The notes below the pieces were generated by a model. It did no database searches and had not been told where the DNA came from. It saw only the letters and a list, made by a program, of their open reading frames with translations. This document shows positions 1 through 10,429 of a stretch of DNA of 64,000 bases, in pieces. The position numbers and the translations under genes are program-made. This DNA is from Piedraia hortae CBS 480.64 (lineage: Eukaryota): assembly GCA_010093745.1 (NCBI GenBank), contig MU005957.1:186001-250000 (forward strand), read 5' to 3'. Numbering within the stretch: the stretch's first letter is position 1; each line of letters starts with the position of its first letter.

Positions 1-1425
1 ATCTCGCATTTTGAGGTAGTGTGGCGACTGTCTGAAGGCGTCTTCCAGCTCTTTGGCCGTTTTTGGCGTGCTCGCCTTCATACCAGGTCTAAACTGCCGC
101 TCCACGGGATTTGTCACGGCAGTGAGGAAGTCAGCAGTCGTCTGCCTTGGTGGACACTCAAATCCAATGTCGATAAAATACTGCTTCGCTTCTGACGCCT
201 TGCCCATAAAGATCTCCCTCCCTTGATCAATAACGAGCACTTTATCGAAAAGGTCATATATCCCTTCGCCTGCTTGATAGAGCGTCACGAGCGTGGTTCT
301 GTGCGTGATATCCGTCATGACCCTCAGGGAGCGGGCGTAATCCAGCGCAGTCGATGCATCAAGACCGCGAGTGGCATTGTCCCAGCAAATTATCGTAGAT
401 TTGGACGCCATCGTCTCTGCAATTGACACCCTTTTCCTTTCACCTCCACTCACTCCGCGAGTATACTCATCCCCTACGACTGTAAGCCTCGTATGCTGAA
501 TGCCAAACATCTTCATCAGCGCGTCTGCAATAATAAGTACATCTGGTCTGGCCTTCTTCTTTGTCTTGGTCATGAGCGCAAATTTCAGAGTTTGCCAGAC
601 GTTCAGAGAGGGAAAGTGGACATCATCCTCGGGGTTATAGTTGACCTCTCCGCGGTATGTTTTCTTCTGCTTCTCAGCAGATATACCACCGTAAGAGACG
701 TTGCCCTCAACAGAGGTAAAGCTGGCGCGATCGTTGGAGATGGACTTTAGGAATGTAGAACAGCCAGCTCCCGGACGGCCGAGCACGAGGAGCATCTCCC
801 CTGGGCGAACGCAGCCATTGAAGTCGTGGAGGAGCACCCTTGTCTGCTCCCCCCTTCGCCTTAGTGGAGGTATGTAGCGGCAGAGTAGGTGGTAGAGATC
901 TGGTCCAAACGTTCCCAGCACGGCATGCGGAAGCGTTCGAACAAAGGTTGCGGTAGATCCTGTGCCTTTGACGGTGAGGTTACGGTAAAGAACTCCAACC
1001 TTTTTGAATGCTGTGCGGGTGTCATATGGACCATTAAGAAGGAAGTCGTCAAGATGAAAGTCATTCTCCTCGGGTGCATTATCATGTGTATGCGATCCTC
1101 TGGAAGTGGCTGTGCCCTTTCTGGAAAGATGTCTCTGGAGCTCGGAATACTCGTACATAGCTTCTTGTGGTTCGACATGTTGGATATCTGGCTCGCCCCA
1201 GGTTCCGCGTGTTTGATCTCGATCCAATATGCTGCTATTGGGACCAGGTGCGTCGTCTGCGCTGCTCCAAGTTGGCCTTCGATTTGTACCGCTTGAATCA
1301 GCATTGTTCCCTATTGAACCAGAAAACTCTCTATCTTGATCCATCCAAACGCCATTATTTTCGCTCATTCTTGCATCTTCACAGTTCTTGTCTGTAGAGA
1401 CGCCACTTGATTCGTTGGGGCCCAT
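1..1425 (-). CDS. PDR/ABCG-family ABC transporter, N-terminal part; runs off the window edge and is missing from the ORF track because it has no stop in the window
   Basis: Manual translation of the minus strand gives one open frame from ATG at 1425 (alternative 1368) to base 1. It contains the PDR NBD1 motifs LLVLGRPGAGCSTFL (Walker A), VSGGERKRVSIAE (ABC signature), CWDNATRGLDASTALD, TLYQAGEGIYDLFDKV and TTADFLT. Confidence 0.93.
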   Translation of the reverse strand, partial: MGPNESSGVSTDKNCEDARMSENNGVWMDQDREFSGSIGNNADSSGTNRRPTWSSADDAPGPNSSILDRDQTRGTWGEPDIQHVEPQEAMYEYSELQRHLSRKGTATSRGSHTHDNAPEENDFHLDDFLLNGPYDTRTAFKKVGVLYRNLTVKGTGSTATFVRTLPHAVLGTFGPDLYHLLCRYIPPLRRRGEQTRVLLHDFNGCVRPGEMLLVLGRPGAGCSTFLKSISNDRASFTSVEGNVSYGGISAEKQKKTYRGEVNYNPEDDVHFPSLNVWQTLKFALMTKTKKKARPDVLIIADALMKMFGIQHTRLTVVGDEYTRGVSGGERKRVSIAETMASKSTIICWDNATRGLDASTALDYARSLRVMTDITHRTTLVTLYQAGEGIYDLFDKVLVIDQGREIFMGKASEAKQYFIDIGFECPPRQTTADFLTAVTNPVERQFRPGMKASTPKTAKELEDAFRQSPHYLKMRD

Positions 1426-1782
1426 TTCCGAACCAACTCCCCCAAATCTTGATCGCCAAAGTGGACAAATGTCGAGAAAATGAAGAATTTTCTAGCTAAA
1501 GCAGTGGAAACGTGCGACAAGCACGACTACGAAAGGAACGTGAGAACAAACGCACCAGGTGTTGAAGGACCGTTGAGTCATAAATTTCACAATCGACGCT
1601 AATGCGCGATGATGCAACATGCAGGGACCCTTGGACAATAACGCAAGCCACAAGCCCACGTGGCCGCCGCATGGTTGGAAAGCCACGGGGATTCCTCACC
1701 ATTGAAGTGTGGATGGCCAGGTGCCGAAGTCGATTGAACCACCCAATACGTAACCCCCCTCTCCTACCCCCATGTACCTCCA

Positions 1783-2307
1783 TCACGCTGGCCTCTGCTC
1801 ATTATATCTATACACCTCCCAGATACACCCCAACAACGTCTCCAGCTCCTCTGGCGTCCACCTATCCTCTGCACGGTCCAAAACTGCCGTCAGCTGCTCC
1901 ATCGTCTTTGGCGCGAGATTATGCACCATGAGAAACTCCGACTGTGACAAACACTTTGTTCCAAGGAAGGCTTTCTTTTGCTTAACCGTCTTGACTGTTT
2001 CCGGGGGCGCAACGTGGCTCACGACGCGTTCGAAGATGAGATCCTCCAGCTTCTGCATGCCGGCTTCGTAGCTTTCGTAGGCGTCCGGGTTCGTGGTATA
2101 AGGGTAGATTGTGCTGGCTAGGACGGACTCGTGGTTGCGCAACGCGCGCATGTAGTTTGCCGGTCCGTGGGCGGATGCGCGACCGCGGCGACTGGAGGCG
2201 GCGGCGGCGGCCGCTTCTCGGGCTTCATGTTGAGCCCGCTTGGAGCGGATCCAGAGGAGGACGTCGGTGTTGGTCAGTTGGACGGTGCCGGCGTCGAGGA
2301 TTTTCAT
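1783..2307 (-). CDS. RPC17: RNA polymerase III subunit C17 (RPC9/Rpb4-like HRDC family)
   Basis: 174-aa ORF. The N-terminus MKILDAGTVQLTNTDVL and the C-terminal LSQSEFLMVHNLAP...LTAVLDRAEDRW match the C17/CGRP-RCP family pattern. Confidence 0.8.
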   Translation of the reverse strand: MKILDAGTVQLTNTDVLLWIRSKRAQHEAREAAAAAASSRRGRASAHGPANYMRALRNHESVLASTIYPYTTNPDAYESYEAGMQKLEDLIFERVVSHVAPPETVKTVKQKKAFLGTKCLSQSEFLMVHNLAPKTMEQLTAVLDRAEDRWTPEELETLLGCIWEVYRYNEQRPA

Positions 2308-2476
2308 GGTTTGTGGGTTAAGGTTCGTATTCTACCTAGAGGTAGATGATTAGGGTTTCCATCTCCACCTATTCAACGCACACATAGATTGGAATTACTC
2401 AGCGCACTCGCAAAGGGGATTGTTGCTGGGAGGCATTGCACATGGACAGATTACTCTACACACGCATTGAATCCTC

Positions 2477-4225
2477 CTATTGAGATGATTTCTTCTTTTT
2501 CTTTTTCGGCTCTCCGTCTTCTGTTGCCTTGGCAGCCTTCCGTGCCTCTTTGGCAGCCCGTTTTGCCGCCCGTTCAGCCTTCCTCGCCGCCTTTTCGGCC
2601 TTGAGACGCTTCTTCTCCTCCTTGCGTGCCTTCTTCTCGGCTTTGCTCTCTTCCTTGACATCCTTGACACCGTTCGCAGGCGCCTCGTCAGCTGACTCTT
2701 CGTCGTTCTCACCATCAGATGCCCCATCCTTCGTCTCGTCAACGACTTCTATCAGCTTCCGCTTCCTTGACACCATTGCCTCCAGCTTCTCCTTTCCCGC
2801 ACGCAATTCCTCAGTGAGTTTCTCCTGAATAGCGTCGGGATCGGGCTCGGCATCGGAGTCCAGGCCGTCGGCGTCTTTATTGTACTTCCTCGCCTCTTCA
2901 ATGTTCCATTTTCCGGGTTGTTGTTGTTGTTGTTGTTGGGGAGCGATGGCAACTGTCGATGGCTTCACCGGTCTACCCTCAATGGCGCGTAGTTTGCGCT
3001 CAAGATCTGCACGAGCTGAGATGCCCATAGTCGCCTTGTCCTCCTCGCTGGGCTCCGGCCTCTCGCCCTCGCCTGCCTGACCCCAATCGCTGAGTGCATC
3101 GATGCGCAGTGCCAGGGCAGACTTAGCAGCGAGCATGCGTGCCAGTTTGCCTTTATTCTTGCCGCTGGCTGCTCCAACAAGCGCGGCGTTATATATGATG
3201 CCATACTTTGGCGTGTGGTGCTTCGTTTTTAGGGCGCGGAAGAGGGCCTTTTCGGCTCCTAAGATCTGAATGGTGGAGGCGGGCGACTTGGCCAGGTTGG
3301 TCAGCGAGCCCGCGTGGGCAATGAGACGCGCAGCAACGAGTTCTCCCACCAGAGCCGTAGCGTTGGGGGAAATGGCGCGCATACGCGATTGCAGATATTC
3401 CAACAGCTCTTTGCGGTATTGGGTGAAGCCTACGACCTGCTCTGCCAGACACTTGATGTTCGTCCAGTCTTCGTCGGTGATCTCCGTGCCCATTGAGACC
3501 TCTGCTGCGGCCTTGACAGCGTCAGCCATTTCCTCAGGCAGAATTTCGGTGAGGTCAGCTTGGGCAGCGTTGGAGCGCATTCCCATGGCCAGCACAACGC
3601 GCGCATAGGCCAGATTCTCGTTGATTAAGCGTGCCAGTTCCGGGAAGTGCCAGCCGTACCACTCCTTGGTGCGCATTGCGTACATGTTAAGCTCCTTGTC
3701 CAGATCGTCCAGCAACGCAATGGCTTGAATTACCATGATGTCGATCTTGTCGGGGGTAAACTTAAGCTTGTGGCGGGACAGACTGTGCGAGAGACCTAGG
3801 GACATTGTGTCGAGTTCTTTGTCCAGGAGGCCCGGGATGAGGGAGCCCAGGTGTAGGCGGATAGCACGGTAGAGCTCAGCAGAGGCAGGATCGGCAATGG
3901 GCTTGATCTGGAGGCCAGGAACATTGGAAATGGCATTAGCCAGCTTCGGATCAGCCACGGCCAGCGACGCCTTGCGCTCCGCCTTGATGTCTTTCAAGAG
4001 GTTCGACAGCATCGGCGTCACTTTTCCCTCGCCCACGGCAACGGCCTGCTCCAACGCAGCATCTGCGCTCTCAAACTTTCGGAAATTCTTGAGCCTGAGG
4101 AGGCTACAGGCGTTCATGGCGTCGGCCATTTCGTCGGCCAAGTTGTCACGCTTCAGTATTTTCCTGTCGGTGGCCTTGAACAGCGCATAGCCGGCCGCGG
4201 TCTCACTTAGAATAAAGAGCACCAT
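2477..4225 (-). CDS. NOP58: Nucleolar protein 58, box C/D snoRNP core
   Basis: 582-aa intronless ORF with LFILSETAAGYALFK, NOSIC (YAMRTKEWYGWHFPEL) and Nop (STIQILGAEKALFRALKT, TPKYGIIY) domains and a KKE/KKK-rich tail. Confidence 0.96.
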   Translation of the reverse strand: MVLFILSETAAGYALFKATDRKILKRDNLADEMADAMNACSLLRLKNFRKFESADAALEQAVAVGEGKVTPMLSNLLKDIKAERKASLAVADPKLANAISNVPGLQIKPIADPASAELYRAIRLHLGSLIPGLLDKELDTMSLGLSHSLSRHKLKFTPDKIDIMVIQAIALLDDLDKELNMYAMRTKEWYGWHFPELARLINENLAYARVVLAMGMRSNAAQADLTEILPEEMADAVKAAAEVSMGTEITDEDWTNIKCLAEQVVGFTQYRKELLEYLQSRMRAISPNATALVGELVAARLIAHAGSLTNLAKSPASTIQILGAEKALFRALKTKHHTPKYGIIYNAALVGAASGKNKGKLARMLAAKSALALRIDALSDWGQAGEGERPEPSEEDKATMGISARADLERKLRAIEGRPVKPSTVAIAPQQQQQQQPGKWNIEEARKYNKDADGLDSDAEPDPDAIQEKLTEELRAGKEKLEAMVSRKRKLIEVVDETKDGASDGENDEESADEAPANGVKDVKEESKAEKKARKEEKKRLKAEKAARKAERAAKRAAKEARKAAKATEDGEPKKKKKKSSQ

Positions 4226-4423
4226 GGTTCCTAGGGCGCCGTGCGCGTTCTTATTTGCTTACGTTGTGAATCGCTCTCGTCGTTTCGTCGTTGCGGCGAT
4301 ATTTTTTTTTTGCGCGCGCGCGCGCGTCGGAATACTTCCGCACCTCCAAACTCTTGGCATTTCCGACTTCACCTCGTCTGCACCACCGCCGCACACATGT
4401 AGGAATATAATCACGTAGGAGAA

Positions 4424-5887
4424 ATGGCAGTCTCCGTGTCTGAATCCACCCATCAGACGTCCAGATATGCCTCTGTTCCATACTTTCCCCAGCGTATCAC
4501 TGAGCCGCTGACTCCCACATTTAGTCGCAGCATCTCCTCGCAAGTAGACCCCCCCGGTGGCTACCGTGAAGAGGAGATTCTCCTCTACGAACTGACGGCC
4601 AGATATGTCAGCTCGGGATTTGCTGCAGAGAGAAGACCGAGGTGCATCATTCGCTTCGGACCAGAGCCCAAGAGAAGAGCAGGAGACTATTGGGTGTGGG
4701 ATTCTGACTGCAAAGAATCTGATGCTAAGATTGGAGACGCCGATTGGGGCAAAGACTATGAATTGTACAGAACCAATGTTCGTGAGACGGATCTGGCTCT
4801 GATGGAGGCCAAACTAGAGCGTGCCCTGCGTCAGATGCACACAGACTACCTGCAGCTAGATACGAAGCCTAGAAAAGCTGTCGTCGTGGTTCCGCCGTTG
4901 CTTCCTCGTCCTCTTCTTGAGACCTTTCTTGGAGTCTTGTTCAACCACTATGCTCTAACGCCGAGCGTGGTGTTGTTCTCCACGCCAGCCCTCTCTGTCG
5001 TGTCCAGTGGACTGCGATCAGCTCTGGTCGTGGATATTGGCTGGGAAGAGACGATTGTCACAGCCGTTGGCGAGTTTCGACAAGTTTCCCAGAGGCGAAG
5101 CACAAGAGCCGGCAAGATGCTGACTGCTGAAATGGGCAAAGTGGTTCGGTCTCACTCTCAGCATGCTGACCTCAGCTTTAAACTTGTCGAGGATATTCTT
5201 GACCGCCTGGGATGGTGTCGTCCCCATGCAGATACACCTCCCTTGCAAGGCACCAAATCCATACCAGTTGCGTCTTCTGGTACCTCAGCCCGTTTCGACA
5301 TGCGGATTCAATCTCTTAGCGAGCCAGTTGAACGAGTTCTATTTGGTAACCCAAAGCATGCAGATGACGACGAGCTTCCAATCCATTATCTTGCATATCT
5401 TGTCCTTCTAGGATTACCCGTTGACTTTCGAGCCGCCTGCACGTATAGTGTCGTAGTCACAGGCGAGATCAGCCAGTTGCCGGGATTAAGAGCTCGTTTG
5501 TTGAACGAACTTCAGGCTCTGATCGATTTGCGCGGCTGGGACTTGGTACACAACTATGGTAGCGCCAAGCCGAAGCCGAAAGCAGCTGCGAGAAGCCCCT
5601 CATCGGATCACCAAGCAACTGCAGAAGCCTCATATTTAGACCCCCAAGCCATACTTCCACCTCACCAACGCGAACACGACTATATCAAAGATCCCATCAC
5701 ACAGAAGGCCGAACGGGCCTCCACAAAACGCAGTCCCAAACCCGAACCAGCCGTCGTCCGGGGGGTAGAAACCCTCGGAGCCTGGGCAGGAGCCAGTCTG
5801 GCCTCATATCTCCGAATCAGAGGCGTCTACGAAGTCAGCAAAGAAGATTTCCTGAAACACGGCTATCCGGACAACACATTACTCTAA
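4424..5887 (+). CDS. Actin-related protein, dynactin Arp10/Arp11 (ro-7)-like
   Basis: 487 aa with actin-fold motifs: YVSSGFAAE..PRC, SGLRSALVVDIGWEETIV, VVVTGEISQLPGLRARLLNEL, GAWAGASL. Confidence 0.75.
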   Translation: MAVSVSESTHQTSRYASVPYFPQRITEPLTPTFSRSISSQVDPPGGYREEEILLYELTARYVSSGFAAERRPRCIIRFGPEPKRRAGDYWVWDSDCKESDAKIGDADWGKDYELYRTNVRETDLALMEAKLERALRQMHTDYLQLDTKPRKAVVVVPPLLPRPLLETFLGVLFNHYALTPSVVLFSTPALSVVSSGLRSALVVDIGWEETIVTAVGEFRQVSQRRSTRAGKMLTAEMGKVVRSHSQHADLSFKLVEDILDRLGWCRPHADTPPLQGTKSIPVASSGTSARFDMRIQSLSEPVERVLFGNPKHADDDELPIHYLAYLVLLGLPVDFRAACTYSVVVTGEISQLPGLRARLLNELQALIDLRGWDLVHNYGSAKPKPKAAARSPSSDHQATAEASYLDPQAILPPHQREHDYIKDPITQKAERASTKRSPKPEPAVVRGVETLGAWAGASLASYLRIRGVYEVSKEDFLKHGYPDNTLL

Positions 5888-6765
5888 TCCACATAGAATT
5901 CATTTGTTAAATTTCTCAGGTTCTGCAAGAACCCATGACCTTCCCTTTCCGTCTTGGACGTAGTCCTCTTCGTCGGCGGTCTACTATGATTACCACTCTT
6001 CCCACTTTCCTTTTGCTGTCGACTAGAACCCTTCTTCTGCTCGACGCGTTTCTCAAGTCTCTCCGCGATTTTCAATCTCTCCCTCTCCTCAGGCGTCCCC
6101 TTCCAAACGCCCGCCAGATCCCTTAATCTCGCAACTCTCTCCTCAGCAACCTGAATCCCCTTCCCTGGCGTATCAACAACCTCATCAATCTCCCTCTCAA
6201 GAGCCTCAACCCAAACTTTCGCTTTCTCCTCCCCCTCCTTCTGCTTGGCCGTATCCTCTGGCGCGGAAACGCTAAGGAGGAATTGGTTCGTAGACGGAGG
6301 AGGTAAAGGCCAGGCCATTGCATCCCCGAAAAGCTTGATAACGCTCTCTAACCGAGCCCGTACCGTTGTCAGTTGTTTTAATCGCGCCATGGTCTCGTCC
6401 TGTTCTCCCTGTTCTCCCTTCTCGCTTGTATCTTTACCCCCTAGAAAAATTCCCACATCCCCCTCCAAAGCGCCCATCATCTCCTCCAACGACCCGACCT
6501 CTCCGCGCAGCACATCAACCTCATATTCCAATCTACCGCCCGATCGGATGATTTCATCGGCTTGCGTGTTGAGCGTATTCGAGACACGCACTGTTTGCGC
6601 GTTGAGCTGGGAGAGGGTTGATTGAAGGGTCGAGGAAATTTCGGGGAGGGGGGCGTTAATCGAGTTGCCGGTCCCTTTGGTTGTGTTGGGGAGGAGAGAG
6701 TTCCAGTACGTGCTTGCTTCGAAGTTGGCGGTTAGGAATGGGGCGGTGGTTGGGTCGGCGGACAT
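5884..6765 (-). CDS. Conserved hypothetical coiled-coil protein, possibly related to the COG7 N-terminus (tethering-complex subunit)
   Basis: 293-aa ATG ORF. It starts PFL..NFEASTYWNSLLP and continues with long heptad-like helices. The product assignment is tentative. Confidence 0.6.
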   Translation of the reverse strand: MSADPTTAPFLTANFEASTYWNSLLPNTTKGTGNSINAPLPEISSTLQSTLSQLNAQTVRVSNTLNTQADEIIRSGGRLEYEVDVLRGEVGSLEEMMGALEGDVGIFLGGKDTSEKGEQGEQDETMARLKQLTTVRARLESVIKLFGDAMAWPLPPPSTNQFLLSVSAPEDTAKQKEGEEKAKVWVEALEREIDEVVDTPGKGIQVAEERVARLRDLAGVWKGTPEERERLKIAERLEKRVEQKKGSSRQQKESGKSGNHSRPPTKRTTSKTEREGHGFLQNLRNLTNEFYVD

Positions 6766-6927
6766 TAGAAAGAGTTGGGAAGGGATGCTTGGGAGACTTG
6801 ATGGTTGTGTGGTTGGATTTTAGGGTTGGGATTGAGATGACCCCGCACCCCGCACGCACTTTGGAATTTGAGTTCGTAGTGACACTCGCGGTAAAGAAAT
6901 GTATATTGTCTACTAAAAGTACAAGAG

Positions 6928-8637
6928 TGTTGGGGGCCAGCCGAAATCCAGAAAACCTGTTCCTGGTAGACTTAAAACCTGTTTGTGTGCGACGTATGCA
7001 TGACGTCATTCACCAACAAACAATTTGTGTGTAAAGATTTCAACTACGCGGCAAAGTCTTTCGGAGAGGGTTGGGTGTTGGAGACGCGAGTGTGGATATG
7101 TAATGGGGCCGAATAATGAGGAGAGCGGCGTCGGAGAAGGAGAAAGGCAACACGTTTTTGGATGCTCTAAGGACCTGTTCCGTCAAGTTCTTCTTGGAAA
7201 AGAGCTCCGCATCTCTCTTGAAACAATGGATAGAGATTGGCTGGACTCGGCAAGATAAATCAATTCAAGAGAAAAAGAGGATGTCCGCGCGTATCGGACA
7301 AGATCTTCCAGCCAACTCACCGAGGGCTGCACCAGATTATGGGTTGCAGGCCACTGCGATGCTGAGTGACAGCTGAAATGCACACGCTGGCCATGCCTTC
7401 TTCGTGTTGTCAAGCCTTCGAGATATCTCCAGGCTGTTCTACTGTTTGAGAGTTTCTACCAGGTCTGAAGTTTTTAATAATGCATAGTACGAGAAGTCAA
7501 ATGGCTTTGTAGTAAGTAGTCTTGCAAGAAAACCAATGAGTGAACTGGCTATGAACGAGCTAACCAATTCTCGTGAGAAACCTGTTCCTAGTGGCTACTT
7601 CATCAAAAGTGGAGAAATGGCCCAAGCGCCAACAGGATGTATTGAGGCACAAAGACGTGGATGTTGAAGAATTGTATTCCAGATTAACACAAGAGTTCTG
7701 TCATAGTGGCGTAGAAGTTACCAAATCTTCAGGAAGGCAGAGTCATCAGGCTTGAAAAAGGCCGCAGAAGGGGAACATAAACTCGCTGTGTTGGGACTGC
7801 GGTGAACACGGGCATCGTTCACCTTCGTGTCCAAAGGGAAAGATCGGTAACGGAACGAGTTTTTGCCCGCCACGACGTCACGGCCATGGGTCTTCAAAAC
7901 CGCAAGCCAACGACAAGAGCAATCCTGGAAGAGACGAGACAACACATGCTCCAGTCGGCACAGCAATGATGCAGTCACGCTATTTTCATCACTCGAAATT
8001 CTCTGCCAACGAGTTATTTTTCAACACAGGCTCCGACTGCCACATCACAAACGACCCTGCTGACCTTGATTCTGACTACGAGGAGATTGGGAAATTTCCA
8101 TCGGAGCTATCACACAGACGCAGGGCCTGTCTCTGCGTTGAGAGTTGGCACGGGCAGATTGCACGGTACACTGCAGTGCTGCAAGATTCCTTCAGCCTGA
8201 ATAGAAGCACGACCACCAAAAGGCCAGGACATCACGCGACATCTTGACGGAAAATTTTACCATTGAGAAATAACAGAGGCGGATCAACAGTCATCTGCAT
8301 AATGCCTGGCCGGAACCAGAGAAAGAAAGCCCTCTGCCCGATGGCAAACAAGGGCCAGGGGCTTTGCGACATCCAGAGAACATCTTTTGGGACTTGCATT
8401 GTGCACAACAACAGAGCGTATGCCGAGCCCATAAGGGCACATTTTTAACGGAAGAAGGTTACAGGGTCTGTACGTAACTCTGCGTAGACATTTGAGCTTC
8501 AGGCGCTGACATATCACCAACAGGCGCATATTTTGGGAGACCACTTGAGTGAGGGAGAATCTGTTCCTGCCCAAGGAGCCCACGGAGCTTGTGAGTAACT
8601 CAGTGGTGACGTTTGACCTGAGCTTGGGGCGCTAACA
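6928..8637 (+). mobile_element. Degenerate Ty1/copia LTR retrotransposon relic (gag zinc knuckle and protease)
   Basis: 7789-7830 encodes CWDCGEHGHRSPSC, a CX2CX4HX4C knuckle. About 8015-8060 encodes FFNTGSDCHITND, the copia protease DSGA..H motif with D changed to N. Possible short decayed LTRs lie at 6928-7018 (TGTTGG...CCAACA) and 8531-8637, both containing AAYCTGTTCCTG. Multiple stops and frameshifts. Confidence 0.65.
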
Positions 8638-8699
8638 GTTTACCGGTAGACGCGGGTTCTGGGAGAAAGGTATGTACGTTTCCCGCTGCTGCTACGTAC

Positions 8700-9250
8700 C
8701 GTCGCAAATATTGTCAAGAAATGAGAAGACACTGAGTCTCTGGAGAACAAACCGAAGGACAGCAGGCCAATAGTAAGCTCTGATTGGGATGGACGAGCCA
8801 TCTTCCGTTGCATCCGCAAGGCACCTGGACTTTCATATGTGCAAGTCAAGCCTGACTGTGGTCTTAACTTCAGCGAAAGCACACTGCGCAGCATCATCAC
8901 GGTGTTCGGTCTCCAGAAATGGGCGGCCTGCTCTCTATGGAAAAACCCTGCTGCGGTCAGGTATAGGTGGGTAAAGAGCCATGAGAATACTGATTGGATT
9001 GTGTCGTTGGTCGAATGAATGCGAACCAGTATATCGAGATTCTAGACAACAAACTCGATGCAGGTGTAAAGGCACTGGGCTGCATAACGCTCCAGCAGGA
9101 CAATGACACCAAACACACGGCCAGGAAGGCAAGGACGACTTTATTGTGCCCTCCTACTCTCCGGACTCGAATCCCATCGAGCACCTGTGGAAGATCGTCA
9201 AGAGAAAGCTGCAAATACGTCAAATTTCAATTTCGAAGAGCAATGCGGCA
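8700..9250 (+). mobile_element. Degenerate Tc1/mariner transposase relic
   Basis: Frameshifted fragments: GRMNANQYIEIL, LQQDNDTKHTA (second catalytic D), PSYSPDSNPIEHLWKIVKRKL (catalytic E, DDE_3 signature), and an upstream HTH-like piece SESTLRSII. Confidence 0.8.
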
Positions 9251-10429
9251 ACAGCGTCCTCCAGATGTTATCAAACAAGCGAAAACGCGGCGACCCTGCT
9301 GCTCCCCAAGACGACGCTCTGCCAGAGTTATGGATTGACTGGTTAGAGGATGTTCCATGACTGACATCTTGCAGCGGTGGGACCAGGAATCGGACGAGGG
9401 ATTGGATGGTGGTTTGATTGCATGCGGAGTAGAACTATGACGGAGTGGGCGAAGAAGACTAAGAGCAGCGGACTTGATGGTCTGTGATTCTAGTTGGCAA
9501 TAGAATCTGTTCGCTTTGCTTCTTGCAATGTCTGATGTTCACGTACATTCCTGAATTGGTTGCCGTTGTCGATAAAATGCAGTCTCTTCAACCTCCATAT
9601 GAACTTCTAACGACATCATACTAAGGAACTATGGCCGCTTTCGCCATTTTATGCTTCCAAACCCCAGTCGGATGACAATGAAATTGAGCTCCAAACACCC
9701 TCCTGCCTCACCGACTCCAACGCATACAACAACGTAACAACACCCCTCATGCTCATAGAGGAAACTTACTCGATCAAGCTAGCACGCGAGTCATGGTATC
9801 AAGCTGCATAGCAGTGACACGTTTGCGGAACCACGACCACCATGGTGTTACTCAGAACAAAACTTTCGACGCTACTTAAAGTCATTACAAGTCTTTCAAC
9901 ACAAAGCACATATACATATGCTCATTGCGGTCTACTCCATCAATGAGAACCCTGCGGAAGTGGAGGGATGTTTCCTAAGCTCGACTGGCGTTCTCGTAGC
10001 GTGGCCCCACCACCCCGCACTTAGCACACATGGATTTTTCTCTTGGCGATGACTTTTTCTTCTTCAATCAACAACTAGTATGCAGGACAAACACTCTGTT
10101 AGCGACTGGACAATGCACATCGGGTCACGTTGACAGTGCCGGTCCACTGTCTAGACAGCGGGCTTGTCAGTCACGACAGCTGCATAGCAGGTGCTTGCAG
10201 ACTCATCATGCGCTGGCCGGTCAATCCAAGTCTTGGAAGCTTGCCACAGGGAACCCTGTACACAAAACGCCAGAATCAGGCGTTTTCTGCTTATATAATG
10301 GCCATTCACCACAAGGCATCACTGAAGCGGAACTCGTCACTGCGTTCCACATCGGCACGGAGCGCTCTGGAGATCAGGCTTGGGTATCGAACTCATGATA
10401 CCTTTGCGACGGCAAACAAGTAGTTTGAA

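Noticed and set aside
1..1425. ABC transporter as a pseudogene, since it is absent from the ORF track
   Set aside because: Manual translation shows a continuous open frame; it simply lacks a stop inside the window.
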